Shown here one piece after another: positions 61,601 to 64,000 of a stretch of 64,000 nt of DNA. The stretch's first letter is position 1, and each line of letters starts with the position of its first letter. The DNA is from Amoebophrya sp. A120. Taxonomy: Eukaryota > Protista > Dinoflagellata. A program made the translations under genes and the position numbers. The stretch covers positions 3,823,556 to 3,887,555 of the forward strand of contig CAJINV010000005.1 in the NCBI GenBank assembly GCA_905178155.1, read 5' to 3'. A model generated the notes under the pieces. The model saw only the letters and a list, made by a program, of their open reading frames with translations. It was not told the origin of the DNA and made no database searches.

Positions 61601-63675
61601 GTTTAAGTGCATAAAGAACGACTGCAGAGATGAATAAAACAAGCAAGCAGCAGATGAAACCACGACCAGAGCAGGCCGACATGAAGACCCGCGAGGAGCT
61701 ATTCTGTGTAAAAACGTCCCTGCCCAAGAGCCAAGATGGAAAATCTGCTTCAGACAATTCAACAAACTTTGGCTGCCGCGCGTGACAAGTTTGGGCTCGC
61801 AATGTACTTAGTTGTGTTTAGCTATTGCAGAAGTAATGTCGCAGATTGATCTACCGAGCTTCTTATGCTCATTTTTCGAGCATCAATATACCAGAAAAGG
61901 TTTACTCGGATGGCGCTCCACCGCATGAGAAACATTCTATTTTTAAGCATGCAGTCTAGCATGACAGCTTTGGGCTGGGGACGCTTTTCCTTTGGAAAGG
62001 TGCTGGATCGCGCCCGCCAGGAGATTCAGAAGCGGCTGAAAAACAAGATCGACGAATACGCGGCGAAGGGGCAAAAAGCGCGGAAAGACAAGGAACCGCC
62101 GCCGAAGTTCAAGCGCACGCAGCTGCCGGCCTACATTCAGCGCGCGAAGCAGGCGAGTAAAGATAACCTGGGAGCCGCGACGAGCAAAACGTCCTCCGAT
62201 CCCGTCACGGATATTGGCGCTGTCTCGGCGAGGGACGAATATTACAATGAAAAATGCCCCCACCCCCGAACTTGGGAGCATTTGTATTGCAAACCTTTGC
62301 AAATGAAACGCTCGCCCTCGTGCATCTATCAGAATCACAGGCTCTCAATCGTGAAGAGAAAAAATTTGTATTGCGCAAGATCTCAGGAAGAGCGGCGCTT
62401 GTCATGCAAGCAATGCGATATGCGCCTAGACTCTGCATCAGAAAGATTCATAGTCCTTTCATGCATAACAAAAAGTTTTCATTTGGAAACTTTAGCATCA
62501 CAAATTATTGCAACTTTGGGGGTGGGGGCATTTTTCATTGTAATAACAAAGCAGAAACGTTCATCAAGCAAGCCGAACTGCTCCGACGCCGGAAGTATCA
62601 AATGTAAAGGTGTCTGGGTCTGGAAGAATGCAACTTGTGATGCTGCATTTGGATTCCACAATAATTTGTATTGCATGAGTACCAAAAGAAAGGCAATTTT
62701 TGCTACGCTGAGAAGGCATTTGTCATGCGGACTACGCATCAAGAAGCCCTCAAAAAATCTGGATTGCTAGGGGATGCATCACAGACATCATGGGTCATGC
62801 AAAACGTGCATGACAAGTGTCAGAATCTTCCAGACCCAGACATTTTTGCACTTGATAGAAAGCAGAAGACTACCAGGAATTTTACCAGCGCCGACGGGGC
62901 GGGAACTGTCACCGGCTCGACACGACCTGCGGGCACCCCTGGCAACGACGGCTACGTTCCAGCGACAAGCGCAGTCTCCACGATGAACAATCAGAACACG
63001 CAGGCAACTAGTACCCCACTAAGAGAAGGTACTGTTGAGCAGCAGAAGACCTCCAAGCTCTCGCCCGTTTTTCCGCCGCCAGCGACGGAAAAGAAAATTC
63101 TGGCCTCCCCGATGTACGTGCGCGCCCGAGGGGGGGTGAGCCCGCGGCCGATGCGACAGGACAACTTGAACTTCGAAGGCGATCACAGCCGGGCCGCGGC
63201 CTTATACGAGGAATCCTCGGCATCCGCCTCTTTCTCCGAAAGTGGCAAGCAGAAGGTGCACCACTCTAGTTGTTCCGACTCTAGAAGTCCACCAGAAGCG
63301 AGGGACAATGCACTCTATGGCGGCGCACTGCCGGGTGCTCCGGCGAGGCGCAGCAGAGAAGGAGCGGGCGCTAAACTGCTCGTGTGGCAGCCGCCGCCGG
63401 CGTCTGCAAATAGCGGCAACCGCGTTTCGAGTTCGTCAGCGAGAGGGCAGATGAAGATCGAGAGTCCCGGGATTTCGCTGTTTCCGCAAAGCCCGCTTCT
63501 ATCCGCCTCTCCAGTTGCTCCCTTTCATCCTGGAGGAAGTACCTTCGGTTTGCAACCGCCGCAATTGCTGAATCAACCAGGTCTCGTAACCCAGCCACTG
63601 ATCTCCCCGCTGCAACCACTGCCGACGAGTACTTACTTGCTGTGTTGGAACCTAGTAGGTCCTAGAACTAAATGA
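58677..63675 (+). CDS. Large hypothetical protein with CTFxP / RLYE-type motifs, possibly cytoskeletal
   Basis: VYERLF, EEVRKSCTFQPKL, FARLYEEA, PLFQPQL; five introners restore the frame. 3' end may extend further. Confidence 0.6.
59178..59376. mobile_element. Old introner
   Basis: tatggaaagcaaat ... atttgcaatgcata; TSD decayed AGCGG/AAAAG; joins IQER to EKQSK. Confidence 0.65.
59432..59696. mobile_element. Introner, family A
   Basis: Family A TIR; TSD GAGAA/GGGAA. Confidence 0.9.
61700..61998. mobile_element. Introner, family B
   Basis: aaaacgtccc / gggacgctttt; TSD GGAGC/GGTGC; restores TREELDRAR. Confidence 0.78.
62240..62545. mobile_element. Introner, family D-type TIR
   Basis: tattacaatgaaaaatgcccccaccccc exactly inverted at the right end; TSD ACGAA/ACAAA. 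Confidence 0.9.
62596..62857. mobile_element. Introner, family A, inverted relative to 59432-59696
   Basis: Family A TIR; TSD GGAAG/GAAAG; interior is the reverse complement of the 59432 type. Confidence 0.9.
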
Positions 63676-64000
63676 CCTGTGGCACGGTTTACTTATGTCT
63701 CATTTGTGTAGCTGTAGCAAGAGCTGGTTTCTCTGTCATCATGTGTAGGTCCTGCGGATCACCTCGATGAACGATGAATGAAAAAAGTTGGAGCAAAAAC
63801 TACACTCAGGTCCCCTACTCCCAGCCGGAACTACGGGATCGATCAGCGGTGGGCGGTGAGAATCCTGCGAAACCGAGACTGCGGCTGTAGCAGCACAGGA
63901 AGGATTGTGGTGCTCCAAAAGGGGCAAAGTCAAAATTACGAATCGAATTTTTTTTTTTTGCATGTGATTGTTTGTTTCTAACTTTATCGCATTTAATATC

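Noticed and set aside
2654-62857. Repeated ~30-bp sequences as a CRISPR array
   Set aside because: They are inverted pairs about 250 bp apart, dispersed in eukaryotic genes, with TSDs and no cas genes.
1-64000. rRNA, tRNA, dinoflagellate spliced-leader relics, intact transposase
   Set aside because: None recognised by eye; tRNAscan, Infernal and HMM searches would be needed to exclude them.

Overview
Intron-rich eukaryotic DNA, most consistent with a syndinian dinoflagellate parasite such as Amoebophrya (inferred from intron architecture and an xMK-repeat basic protein; no search run). The dominant signal is about 49 short elements (108-469 nt) with terminal inverted repeats (TIRs, consensus TAT-N5-G-N-AAA ... 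TTT-N-C-N5-ATA) and 5-bp target-site duplications (TSDs). Every one I found interrupts a reading frame. Removing the element plus one TSD copy restores the frame, including two catalytic NTPDase motifs, and most junctions are not GT-AG. These are transposon-derived non-canonical introns (introners). The class is already known in Amoebophrya, but this window suggests further rules: copies occur in both orientations within genes, unrelated families share an internal TGTNATGC motif, two families sit in close pairs, and the geometry offers an in-frame route to GT-AG. About 14 host genes were rebuilt by hand, including a GDA1/CD39 NTPDase, an ACT+MORN+TKL kinase, an HPR/RAP-like protein, a DUF1295 protein, a PH-domain protein and a small DVNP-tail-like basic protein. 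Also present: decayed hAT-like and non-LTR-like remnants, a G39 tract beside a ~157-bp-period AT-rich array, and a 100-N gap. Coordinates were counted by eye and may be off by a base or two; splicing is inferred, not observed.
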